From an uncultured Clostridia bacterium (GTDB taxonomy: Bacteria > Bacillota > Clostridia > TANB77 > CAG-508): 64,000 nt of DNA. The translations under genes were made by a program, and so were the position numbers. Of this stretch, positions 31,723-41,521 are shown piece by piece (positions within the stretch are counted from its first letter, which is position 1; every line of letters begins with the position of its first letter). The stretch is taken from assembly GCA_947631915.1 (NCBI GenBank), contig CANRNC010000010.1, forward strand, positions 83 through 64,082. The letters are read 5' to 3'. The notes below the pieces were generated by a model, which was not told the origin of the DNA, did no database searches, and was given only the letters and a program-made list of their open reading frames with translations.

Positions 31723-32151
31723 ATGAATTATGAAGATAAAAAAATCGTAGGAATTATTGCATCAAATGTTGAACCATCAGTTGCACTAAATGTAATAGGA
31801 CATCTTGCTATATCTATTGGTAAATACTCAGATACAGAAATTATGGGAAAATCAATCATCACTGACAAATCAGGAATAAATCATTTAGGAATTAGCCAAT
31901 TTCCATTTATAATAACAAAAGTAAAACAAGGAAAATTAAAAAATGCTATAGATTTAGCAAAACGAAATCCTAATTTATTAGTAGCTGACTATCCAAAAGA
32001 TATGTTAGATACAAGAACAGATGATGAATTGGTTGCATCTATAAATTCAAAAGAGAATGATAAATTAGAATATTTAGGTGCTATTATTTATGGTAATACA
32101 GAAGATGTTAATGAAATAACAGGGAAATATCAATTATGGAGATTAGATTAA
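31723..32151 (+). CDS. DUF2000-family protein
   Basis: 142 aa; pattern KIV.II..N.E......N...H.A.S.G........G....D..G..H.GI...P..I.K ... EYLG..I.G....VN..TGK..L.R matches my memory of DUF2000; strong hairpin terminator 32161-32212 follows. Confidence 0.45.
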   Translation: MNYEDKKIVGIIASNVEPSVALNVIGHLAISIGKYSDTEIMGKSIITDKSGINHLGISQFPFIITKVKQGKLKNAIDLAKRNPNLLVADYPKDMLDTRTDDELVASINSKENDKLEYLGAIIYGNTEDVNEITGKYQLWRLD

Positions 32152-32400
32152 AATAATTGTAAAGACATATTGAGAAAATAAGGTTATTGATCAATATGTC
32201 TTTATTTTATATTTTAGAAGTATATAAGTTAATTGATGTTCGTTTTCTCATTTTCATATCATATATAAAAGTTTTTTCTATTCTAGGAGTATACATTTTA
32301 TAAAATATATGTTAAAATATATATATAGTTGATTGAAGCTAAAAAAGTTGTGTCTAAAATGTGGGAGTATATGAAAGAAAACTATATTTTTCTAAAATAA

Positions 32401-32419
32401 CCACCGTCTAGGCACCATA
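32401..32419 (+). repeat. degenerate third copy of the tmRNA 3' end (ccaccgtctaggcaccata) followed by a copy of the post-ssrA hairpin (gcatagcgaagcaatgc)
   Basis: Compare with 29271-29312 (ccaccatctccaccataaaaaagcatagcgaagctatgctta). Confidence 0.55.
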
Positions 32420-32492
32420 TAAGAAGCATAGCGAAGCAATGCTTAAAAATTAGTATACATTTATATATATGAAATAGAAAGGAGTTAGTAAT

Positions 32493-32744
32493 ATGGAATA
32501 TAGATACAGACCAACAGGAGTTTGTTCTCAAGAAATGGTTATAGAACTTGATGGTGATATTATAAAATCCGTTAAAATAATAGGAGGATGTCCAGGAAAT
32601 ACAGTCGGACTAACATACATGATTCAAGGAAGAAAGATAGACGAAGTAATACAAAAATTAAAAGGAATTCCTTGCGGAATGAAAACAACATCTTGTCCAG
32701 ATCAACTAGCAAGAGCACTAGAAGAAATAAAAAAAGGTTTATAA
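32493..32744 (+). CDS. TSCPD-domain protein (TIGR03905-like)
   Basis: 83 aa, GVCS...GGCPGN..G......G......KL.G..CG.K.TSCPDQLA motif. Confidence 0.6.
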   Translation: MEYRYRPTGVCSQEMVIELDGDIIKSVKIIGGCPGNTVGLTYMIQGRKIDEVIQKLKGIPCGMKTTSCPDQLARALEEIKKGL

Positions 32745-32882
32745 TTAAGACATTAGTAAATGAAATAAAATTATTTCATTTACTAATTTTTTAATTTAAA
32801 TTTAATAATAATCTTGTAATATCTCGAATAAAATGATAATATTTAATAGTATAATCATATATATTATTCATGAAGGAGTATT

Positions 32883-33797
32883 ATGTCAAATATAATTGCT
32901 TTATTAAAAGAAAAAATAGACTCAAAAGATATATTAGAAAATGAGCCGATGAGTAAGCATACAACATTTAAAGTTGGTGGAAATGCAGATTTATTGATTA
33001 AAGTTCATAATATAGATGAAATAGAATTTGTACTAAACATTGCGAAAGAGAATAATATACCTATATTCATTTTAGGAAATGGTAGTAATTTGCTAGTTAA
33101 AGATAAAGGAATAAGAGGTATAACTTTAAAAATAGAATTAAAAAAAATAGAGATCTATAACGAAAATGAACAAGTATATGTTACTGTTGGAGCTGGAAAT
33201 AAAATGGCAGAAGTAGCTACTACTTTGCTTAATAAAGGAATAACAGGTTTTGAATTTGCATCTGGAATTCCAGGAACAGTTGGGGGCTTTATTCGAATGA
33301 ATGCAGGAGCATATGGAAAAGAAGCTAAAGACATTGTAGTTGAAACTATAATAATGGATTATGACGGTAATATAAAAACAATCGTTGGTTCAGAGCATAA
33401 ATTTGAATATAGAAAAAGTATTTTTTCAAATATGAAAGCTATTATATTACAAACGAAGTTAAAACTAAATTATGGAAAAAAATCAGAAATATTAAGTTTA
33501 ATGCAAGAATATAAAAATTCTAGATTTGAAAAGCAACCTGTGGAATTTCCAAGTGCAGGTAGTACTTTTAAAAGAGGAAAAGATTTTGTAACAGCAAAAC
33601 TAATAGATGAATGTGGATTAAAAGGCTATAGTATAGGTGGTGCACAAGTATCAACTAAACATGCAGGATTTATAGTAAATTCAGGAAATGCAACTGGAGA
33701 TGATATTATACAATTAATAGATTATGTTACTAAAACAGTCTATACGAAAACAGGTAAGAAAATTGAATTAGAAGTTGAAATTGTTGGAGAAGATTAA
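32883..33797 (+). CDS. murB: UDP-N-acetylenolpyruvoylglucosamine reductase (MurB)
   Basis: FAD-binding N-terminus (TTFKVGGNADLL), GNGSNLL, C-terminal MurB domain; 304 aa. Confidence 0.92.
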   Translation: MSNIIALLKEKIDSKDILENEPMSKHTTFKVGGNADLLIKVHNIDEIEFVLNIAKENNIPIFILGNGSNLLVKDKGIRGITLKIELKKIEIYNENEQVYVTVGAGNKMAEVATTLLNKGITGFEFASGIPGTVGGFIRMNAGAYGKEAKDIVVETIIMDYDGNIKTIVGSEHKFEYRKSIFSNMKAIILQTKLKLNYGKKSEILSLMQEYKNSRFEKQPVEFPSAGSTFKRGKDFVTAKLIDECGLKGYSIGGAQVSTKHAGFIVNSGNATGDDIIQLIDYVTKTVYTKTGKKIELEVEIVGED

Positions 33798-33823
33798 TGG
33801 TCGCAATAGAAAGGATGATATGA

Positions 33824-35290
33824 GTGAAAGGTTTTTTAAAATGGTTTAAATCCGGTACAAAAATGAAGAGATGGATATTTCTAATACTATTAGGAATAGC
33901 TTTAAGTTGTTATGGTGTTTCAGAAATAATTGCAATGAAGAGTTTATCTATAATTGAATTGATAAAAGTAGTAGTATTATTTATAACAGGTTTTATATTT
34001 ATAGTAGTAGGGCTAGTATATAGCCAAAAAAGAGTACTAGAATTATTGATTGAAGAAACAGATGACAGAATAGGAAATAACGATAAAGATGTTAATGTTA
34101 AATCGTTGATTTTTAACAAGAAAGTATTTAACCAAGGACCGAAGGTTGTTGCGATAGGAGGTGGATCAGGGTTAAATACGGTTTTAAGAGGCTTAAAAAA
34201 TTACACGGATAATATAACAGCAATAGTTGAGACTTCAGAATATAGTAAACAGTACATATTAGAGGGAATTGTTGCTTTAGCTAAAAATGAGGAAGAAATG
34301 GAGACTGTATTAAAGTCAAAAATAGCAAAGAATAGGCTTCCATTTGGAGAATCATTTTTACAATCTATGCAAGCAGCTTTTAGTGATCTGTCAGTCGCAA
34401 TGGAGAATCTTGGTAGAGTATTAAATATGACAGGAAGAATAATACCAGTAACTTTGGATCAAATGAATGTATGTGCAGAATTAGAAGATGGTACTATAGT
34501 TGAAAGTAAAGAGAAAATACCAGATATTGTTACGGAGAAGATTACAAAAATAAATAGAGTGTTTGTTTCACCTACAAATTGTAGAACTGCACCAAAAGTA
34601 ATAGAAGCAATAATGGATGCAGATGCTATTATAATAGGACCTGGAAGTTTATATACAAATGTAATACCTAATTTACTAATAAAGAATGTATCAAAAGCTA
34701 TTAAAGAAAGTAAGGCCAAAAAGATATATATAAGTAACATTATGACTGAACCGGGTCAAACAGATGATTTTTCATTATATGATCATATAATGGCAATTCT
34801 CGAACATGCAAGAAATCCTATTATTGATTATTGTATATATGATACTGGAGAAATTATTCCAGAATATGTTAGAAAATATAATCAAAAAGGTGCTGATCTT
34901 GTAGAACAAGACATAAAAAAAGTCAAAGATTTAGGAATAAAAGTTGTTCAAAGAAATTTCTCTGTTGTTGAAAATCACAGCATTAGACATGATCCTAATT
35001 TAGTTGCGGATTCAATTATAGAAATAATCTGTGATGATATGGTATTTAGAGATATGCATAATGGTCCACAATATGTTAGTATGTATAATAAACTAAAAGA
35101 AAGCAATAAAAAGAGAAAAAATATTGAAAAAGAAAAGAAAGAAAGTAAACCTAAAGCAAAGAATAAAGGTAAAAGAACATTAATACCTAAAAAGAAGAGC
35201 AAATTTGCAAGTAAATACAACGAAAGAATTAAGTCTATACAAGAAAGTGACGAATTAAGGCAAAAGAGATTAGAACATTTAAACAAATAA
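33824..35290 (+). CDS. yvcK: YvcK/UPF0052 (CofD-like) gluconeogenesis factor with N-terminal TM segments and Lys-rich C-terminal tail
   Basis: VVAIGGGSGLNTVLRGLK ... IIIGPGSLYTNVIPNLL core; 488 aa. Confidence 0.8.
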   Translation: MKGFLKWFKSGTKMKRWIFLILLGIALSCYGVSEIIAMKSLSIIELIKVVVLFITGFIFIVVGLVYSQKRVLELLIEETDDRIGNNDKDVNVKSLIFNKKVFNQGPKVVAIGGGSGLNTVLRGLKNYTDNITAIVETSEYSKQYILEGIVALAKNEEEMETVLKSKIAKNRLPFGESFLQSMQAAFSDLSVAMENLGRVLNMTGRIIPVTLDQMNVCAELEDGTIVESKEKIPDIVTEKITKINRVFVSPTNCRTAPKVIEAIMDADAIIIGPGSLYTNVIPNLLIKNVSKAIKESKAKKIYISNIMTEPGQTDDFSLYDHIMAILEHARNPIIDYCIYDTGEIIPEYVRKYNQKGADLVEQDIKKVKDLGIKVVQRNFSVVENHSIRHDPNLVADSIIEIICDDMVFRDMHNGPQYVSMYNKLKESNKKRKNIEKEKKESKPKAKNKGKRTLIPKKKSKFASKYNERIKSIQESDELRQKRLEHLNK

Positions 35291-35329
35291 TGTGATAAGT
35301 TTAACAGATGAAAGGATGAGAGTAACGAG

Positions 35330-37342
35330 ATGAAGAAAAAAGATGAAGAAAGAATGTTCCTTGAAACAGGAATTTCAAAGGAGTGGTTAATAACTAACGG
35401 AATTGGTGGTTATGCATCTTCTAGTATAGTTGGTTGTAATACAAGGAAGTATCATGGACTTTTAGTAGCGCCTTTGAATCCACCAGCTATGAGATTTGTA
35501 ATATTATCTAAAGTAGATGAAAGTATAGAATTTAACAATACTAAATATGATTTATATACAAATATGTGTAAGAATAGTGTATCTAAAGGATATCAATATC
35601 TTGTCAATTTTGATAATGAATATATACCAAATTTTACTTATAAAGTAAAAGATGTAATGGTTAAAAAAGTGATTTGTATGGAATATGGTAAGAACATAAC
35701 TTGTATTTCGTATAAAATAAAAAATGGAAATCATAAAACTAAATTAACTTTAGCGCCTATTATTAACTTTAGAAATGCCCATGTAGCTAATACATATCAC
35801 CAGTTTGATATAGAGCAAGAACTAAATAATAATACAGTTAAAATAGTATTAGATAAGCATTTGGATAAGCCAATATATATAAAATCAAGTAGTGGAAAAT
35901 ATATTGAACATGATAATGATATTTTCAAAGGAATGTTTTATATAGAGGAAGAGAAAAGAGGGTTTGATTCAGAAGATAATTTAGTAGTTCCTGGGAGATA
36001 TGAGATTAGCATAGATGAGAATGAAGAAAAAGAAATATCTTTTATATGTTCTTTAAATGAGGAAATAGAAGATATTAGTGTAAATGAAGTAATAACAAAT
36101 GAAATCATTAGATTGAGAAAGTTAATAAGAAAATCGGGATTATGTGAAGATAACTGCGATGAGCAAACAAAAAAAATGTTACAACAATATATAATTTCTG
36201 CTGATAATTTTATAGCATACCGACAGAATACTAAATTACATACGCTGTTAGCTGGTTTTCCATGGTTCTTAGATTGGGGAAGAGATTCTTTAATTGCTTT
36301 TGAAGGATTATTACTAATGACACACAGATTTGATATTGCTAAAGAAATACTTTTGACGTTTACTAATAACATAAGATTTGGATTAGTACCAAATGGTTTT
36401 GCAGATGATAACAACAGACCATTATACAATAGTGCAGATGCATCATTATTATTGTTTGAACAAATTAACAAGTATATAAAATATACGGGCGATGTAGAAT
36501 TTGTTAAAAGTATTTATAATAAATTAAAAAATATTATTGATAATTATGCCAATGGAATTGACTTTGATGAAAATAATATTCATCTAGAAGATGATGGTTT
36601 GATATCTTCAGGTACTATAAACACTCAAAATACATGGATGGATGTAAAATATGATGGATATGCAATAACACCAAGAAATGGAAAAGCAGTAGAGATTAAT
36701 GCTTTATGGTACAACGCATTAATGACGATGAATGAATTAGCAAGTATGTTTGAAAATAAAAAAGTTGCAAAAGAATATATGAATTTGGCAAATAAATGTA
36801 AAGAAAGTTTTAATATAAAATTCTATAACGAAAAGAAAAAATCTCTATATGATGTATTAGGAGATGAAAAAATAAGACCTAATCAATTATTCGCTTTAAG
36901 TTTAACTTATCCAATACTTGATATTAATGGAGATATTGCTAAAAATATTATTTCAACAGTCGAGAAGAAACTATTAACAAAATATGGTTTGAGAACACTA
37001 GCAAAAGGAGAACCAAATTATGTTGAAATCTACGAAGGAGATTCTTTTAAAAGAGACTTAAGCTATCACCAAGGTCCAGTATGGACATGGTTATTAGGAC
37101 TATACTTTGATTCTCTTAAGAATATGATGAATACAGAAGATGAAGCACAAAAAGAAAAGATATCAAAGAAATTAAAGAAATTGAAAAAGGACACAAAAGA
37201 AACGTTTATGAAGGCGTTATATTCAGATGGAATATTAGGCAATATTGCAGAAATATATGATACAGAAGAACCATATCTAGGAAAAGGAGCCCCTGCCCAA
37301 GCATGGAGTGTAGCGGAGGTATATAGAATTATATTAAGCTAG
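35330..37342 (+). CDS. glycogen debranching enzyme family protein (amylo-alpha-1,6-glucosidase type, GDE_C domain)
   Basis: N-terminal GDE_N-like region (GGYASSSIVGCNTRKYHGLLVA) and C-terminal six-hairpin glycosidase region (FPWFLDWGRDSLIAFEGLL ... SYHQGPVWTWLLG); 670 aa. Confidence 0.75.
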   Translation: MKKKDEERMFLETGISKEWLITNGIGGYASSSIVGCNTRKYHGLLVAPLNPPAMRFVILSKVDESIEFNNTKYDLYTNMCKNSVSKGYQYLVNFDNEYIPNFTYKVKDVMVKKVICMEYGKNITCISYKIKNGNHKTKLTLAPIINFRNAHVANTYHQFDIEQELNNNTVKIVLDKHLDKPIYIKSSSGKYIEHDNDIFKGMFYIEEEKRGFDSEDNLVVPGRYEISIDENEEKEISFICSLNEEIEDISVNEVITNEIIRLRKLIRKSGLCEDNCDEQTKKMLQQYIISADNFIAYRQNTKLHTLLAGFPWFLDWGRDSLIAFEGLLLMTHRFDIAKEILLTFTNNIRFGLVPNGFADDNNRPLYNSADASLLLFEQINKYIKYTGDVEFVKSIYNKLKNIIDNYANGIDFDENNIHLEDDGLISSGTINTQNTWMDVKYDGYAITPRNGKAVEINALWYNALMTMNELASMFENKKVAKEYMNLANKCKESFNIKFYNEKKKSLYDVLGDEKIRPNQLFALSLTYPILDINGDIAKNIISTVEKKLLTKYGLRTLAKGEPNYVEIYEGDSFKRDLSYHQGPVWTWLLGLYFDSLKNMMNTEDEAQKEKISKKLKKLKKDTKETFMKALYSDGILGNIAEIYDTEEPYLGKGAPAQAWSVAEVYRIILS

Positions 37343-37492
37343 AGAGAAAAGATGCGAAGCATAATTTTCTCGCATAGATTAATATAATTCTATATGTGGA
37401 TTTGGATTTACGAGGTATATATTATTGTAGGGGCACATTGCATGTGCCCATTGAACAATTAAAATGTTAAAAATGATGAAAGGAAAAATATA

Positions 37493-38512
37493 ATGACTAC
37501 AATTGAAGAACTTGAAAAGGAATTGAAAAACGGAGAATTAGCTAATATATATGTCTTATATGGAGAAGAATTGTTCCTTTTGGAAAGTTGTCTAAAAAGA
37601 ATAAAGAAAAACTTTGGAGAACTTGCACCAGGTATAAATTTTATTCAAATTGATGACACAAGTTTAGACACATTAATATCAGAATTACAAACGCCAGCAT
37701 TTGGATATTCTAGAAAATTAATAATAGTGAAAAATACAAATATTCTTAAGAAAGAATCTAAAAAAAGAGGTTCTAGTGGAGATTTAGCATCAGTGAAAGA
37801 CAAGCTGAATAAATATTTGAAATTAAACTTACAAGAAAATATTTTAGTATTCATTGAAGATACAATAGATAAATGCGAATTAGTAGATACTATTCAAAAT
37901 AATAGTGGTATAGTATGTAATTTTGAATTTCAAAAGCCCTTTCAAATAGAACAAAGAATAAAGGGAATTTGTAATGCTTATAAAGTAAATATAGCTACCA
38001 CGACAGTAAAACATCTAATAGATGTATGTGGTACTAATATGCAAAATTTAATAAACGAAATTAGGAAACTAATTGAATATGCGGGAGAAAATGGAACGAT
38101 ACAAAATGAAGATATTGATGCTTTATGTACCAAGACAATAGATAGTAACATTTTTGATTTAACAGATAATATGGGAAAGAAAAATATTACAGAAGTTATT
38201 AGGATATTAAATGAACTATTATATTCAAAAGAACCAATACAAAAAATATTAATTACATTGTATAATCATTTTAAAAAATTATATATAGTAAAACTTTCTG
38301 AAGAAGAAAATAAAAATATAGTAATAGAACTAAATTTAAAACCTAATCAAACTTTTTTGGTAAATAAATATAAGACACAAAGCAAGTATTTTAAAAGTGA
38401 AGAATTAAATATAATATTAAAAGAGTTAATAGATTTAGATTATAATTATAAAATTGGAAATATTGACTTAAATATTGGGCTAGAAAGCATACTTTGTAGA
38501 TATTGTTCATAA
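37493..38512 (+). CDS. holA: DNA polymerase III subunit delta
   Basis: N-terminal YVLYGEE..LLE motif and delta-subunit architecture; 339 aa. Confidence 0.85.
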   Translation: MTTIEELEKELKNGELANIYVLYGEELFLLESCLKRIKKNFGELAPGINFIQIDDTSLDTLISELQTPAFGYSRKLIIVKNTNILKKESKKRGSSGDLASVKDKLNKYLKLNLQENILVFIEDTIDKCELVDTIQNNSGIVCNFEFQKPFQIEQRIKGICNAYKVNIATTTVKHLIDVCGTNMQNLINEIRKLIEYAGENGTIQNEDIDALCTKTIDSNIFDLTDNMGKKNITEVIRILNELLYSKEPIQKILITLYNHFKKLYIVKLSEEENKNIVIELNLKPNQTFLVNKYKTQSKYFKSEELNIILKELIDLDYNYKIGNIDLNIGLESILCRYCS

Positions 38513-38659
38513 TATAACTAAAATATATTATAGAGGCACAACTATGTATAAGTGTGCTTCTTTTTTATATGTGTAAATAATTGTTTATTATAATGTGTGA
38601 ATGATTATCTGTATAAAAAAATAATAAAAGAAAATAATAACAACAGGAGATGAAGAGAT

Positions 38660-39595
38660 ATGTATAATTTTAGAACAGATTTAGCTGTCGAAAGACGAGA
38701 GATATTTAAGAAAGCTAATAAAATTGAAAATGAGGTTGAAGGTGTTGAAACAGAAGAAATAATAGATAGTGATAATATTACTACAACAAGAGTTAAAATT
38801 ACAACAGAGGCAGGAGAAAAAGCATTAGGAAAACCAATAGGGAACTATATAACTATAGATATAAAGAAAATTAAAACTATTGATGAAGACGGAATTCAAA
38901 ATGCTGCAGATATTTTATCAAGAGAACTAAAAGGACTAATTGATGCTCAAATTACTAAATCGGAAGACATTTTGGTAGTAGGTTTAGGAAATGAATATGT
39001 AACACCAGATTCTTTAGGACCAAAAGCAATTACTGAAATAGATGTAACAAGACATATTTTAAACTATATGCCAGAATACCTAGAAGAAGGAACTAGACCG
39101 GTAAGTGCAATATCACCTGGAGTTCTAGGAACTACAGGAATAGAAACTTTAGAAATTTTAAAGGGAATAGTAGATAATATAAAGCCAAAATTAATAATAG
39201 TAATAGATGCATTGGCATCAAGAAGTATAGAGAGAATAAGTAGTACAATTCAAATAGCCGACACAGGAATAGTACCAGGAGCAGGAGTCGGAAATACAAG
39301 AAAAGAGTTAAGTAAAAAAACACTTGGAGTACCAGTAATAGCATTAGGAATTCCAACAGTTGTTGAAAGTGCAGTTTTGGTAAATGATTGTCTAGATTTA
39401 TTCATAGAAAAGTTACAACAAGAAGCACAGTCAAATGAATATCTTAATAAGTTAAAGGATGAAGATAATTATGAAAGTATAAAAGAGGCACTAGTTCCAA
39501 ATGATTATAATATGATAGTGACTCCAAAGGAAATAGACGATTTAATAGAAAATATGAAAAATGTAGTTGCAAGAGGAATCAATTTCGCATTATAA
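38660..39595 (+). CDS. gpr: germination protease GPR (spore endopeptidase)
   Basis: MYNFRTDLAVERREIF... N-terminus and GPR core (LVVGLGNEYVTPDSLGP ... IIVIDALASRS). Confidence 0.85.
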   Translation: MYNFRTDLAVERREIFKKANKIENEVEGVETEEIIDSDNITTTRVKITTEAGEKALGKPIGNYITIDIKKIKTIDEDGIQNAADILSRELKGLIDAQITKSEDILVVGLGNEYVTPDSLGPKAITEIDVTRHILNYMPEYLEEGTRPVSAISPGVLGTTGIETLEILKGIVDNIKPKLIIVIDALASRSIERISSTIQIADTGIVPGAGVGNTRKELSKKTLGVPVIALGIPTVVESAVLVNDCLDLFIEKLQQEAQSNEYLNKLKDEDNYESIKEALVPNDYNMIVTPKEIDDLIENMKNVVARGINFAL

Positions 39596-39869
39596 AATTT
39601 GCAGGTATAATACCTGCAAATTTTTTATATTGTTTTCAACAAAAATATAAATTACAATTTTATTAGTAAGTGATTAATTGTTAACCACTTATTTTTTTGT
39701 TATAATAACTTGGAAAATAATTAAGTTAATTTTATAAAGGGAAAAATAAACCTCTAAATATATTGAAAATGCTATAATGTTAATTTCAGTTGACAAAGTT
39801 CCAACTCAAATTGATAGAATGCAACTAAAAAAAGAAGTATAATTTAGTAAAATAAGGGAGGAAAAGAAA

Positions 39870-40538
39870 ATGAATTTAGGAGAAAGATTATTTGAATTAA
39901 GAAAAGCAAAAAATTTGACACAGGACGAAGTCGCAGAAAAGTTAAATGTAACAAGACAAACAGTATCAAAATGGGAAACGAATCAAAGCACACCAGATTT
40001 TGACAAGATACTTCCACTATGTGAATTATATGGTATTTCTACAGAGGAACTGTTAAAAGGAGAAAAGCAAGAGCAAAAAATAGAAGAAAATGAAAAAGAA
40101 AAAAATGACAAAAACAATTATGAAAATATGACTAAAAATCAAATAAAACAAAAATCTGCTGAGGTAATTTGTAGTTCAATATTGATATTTCTTGTAGCAA
40201 TAGCGTATGCAGGAATTGGTGTCTCTGTAATGAGGTGGAATCCAGTTGTAGTTGGTTGTACTTTCTTAATAATTATTGGCTGGGGAGTAACTAGAATAGT
40301 AAAACATTATATGTCTATTCCAAAATTTGAAAAAACAAAAGAAGAAGAAAAAAAGGACAAAATAGTAAAACAAATAAGTGATATTATTGGTGGAATAGGG
40401 GTTGCAATATATTTTATAGTAAGTTTTATAACAATGGCTTGGCATATTACTTGGGTAATATTTATAATTATTGGAATGGTTGAAGAAATTGTTAAACTTA
40501 TATTCATGTTGGAAGGAGATGAAGAAAATGAAGAATAA
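39870..40538 (+). CDS. XRE-family HTH regulator with C-terminal transmembrane segments
   Basis: HTH_3 (RLFELRKAKNLTQDEVAEKLNVTRQTVSKWE), two or three C-terminal TM helices; promoter TTGACA-17-TAGAAT at ~39791. Confidence 0.8.
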   Translation: MNLGERLFELRKAKNLTQDEVAEKLNVTRQTVSKWETNQSTPDFDKILPLCELYGISTEELLKGEKQEQKIEENEKEKNDKNNYENMTKNQIKQKSAEVICSSILIFLVAIAYAGIGVSVMRWNPVVVGCTFLIIIGWGVTRIVKHYMSIPKFEKTKEEEKKDKIVKQISDIIGGIGVAIYFIVSFITMAWHITWVIFIIIGMVEEIVKLIFMLEGDEENEE

Positions 40539-41328
40539 AGGAATAATTATTACTCTAATAATATTACTTTCCATCATAATATTTTTTTTAATAATGTTTT
40601 TGGTAATGTGCTTAACAGGAAGGATAAATTATACAAATGGAATATTATTTTTTGGTACAAAGAAAAGTAATAACATAATTTTTGATAAAACATATAGCAT
40701 AGAAGACATAAACAATATTGATATAAGGCAAGATTCAGGAACTGTTATTTTTAGAGAAACATTAGAAAATAATATTCAAGTTGTTGTATATGGGGAAAAT
40801 GAAAGTGACGTAAATGTAAATGTTAATCAAGATAATTTATATATTGATAATACTCATAATAAAAAATTTACTTTTTTTAGTTTTGGAATTATAGCAAAAG
40901 ATATTGTAGTATATATTCCTTCTACATATAATAAAACAATAAAAATAAAAAACGATTATGGAAATTGTGAAATGTTAGATTTAGAAAATGCTACAGTTGA
41001 TATAGATTGCGACTGTGGAAATGTCAAATTAGGAAAAATAAAAAATGCAACTGTGAAATGTGATTTAGGAAATACAGAAATAAAAGGAATATTGAATAAA
41101 TGCGATATTAAAACAGATTGTGGTAATGTAGAAATTGATACAATATCTATACAGGAAGATTCTACAATTGAGTCGGATCTTGGCAATGTAGATATAAATA
41201 AAACGAATGATATTTATATAGAATCAGCTGTGGATTTAGGAAAAACTAATATAGGTCAAAATAATAGAAATTCTGAAATAACATTAAAAATAAATTGTGA
41301 TTGTGGAAATGTAACAGTAGGTAAATGA
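40528..41328 (+). CDS. DUF4097-type beta-repeat protein (LiaG/YvlB-like) with N-terminal TM
   Basis: Repeated D.G.V.I / DCDCGNV / DLGNT strands; overlaps upstream XRE gene. Confidence 0.6.
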   Translation: MKNKGIIITLIILLSIIIFFLIMFLVMCLTGRINYTNGILFFGTKKSNNIIFDKTYSIEDINNIDIRQDSGTVIFRETLENNIQVVVYGENESDVNVNVNQDNLYIDNTHNKKFTFFSFGIIAKDIVVYIPSTYNKTIKIKNDYGNCEMLDLENATVDIDCDCGNVKLGKIKNATVKCDLGNTEIKGILNKCDIKTDCGNVEIDTISIQEDSTIESDLGNVDINKTNDIYIESAVDLGKTNIGQNNRNSEITLKINCDCGNVTVGK

Positions 41329-41521
41329 TATAATAACCTTGCAAAGTTTAAAAATTAGAATTCTAAAAGCTACAAGAATTTAACAATATAAAGCAGATAA
41401 TTAGTTCTTAATTATCTGCTTTTATAATAATTTATTGAACTAGGCGTTCAAGAGTATTGATTTTTTTAAAAATAAATTATAATATATAATAGTTATAGTT
41501 TAATAAAAAGGAGAAATCCAA

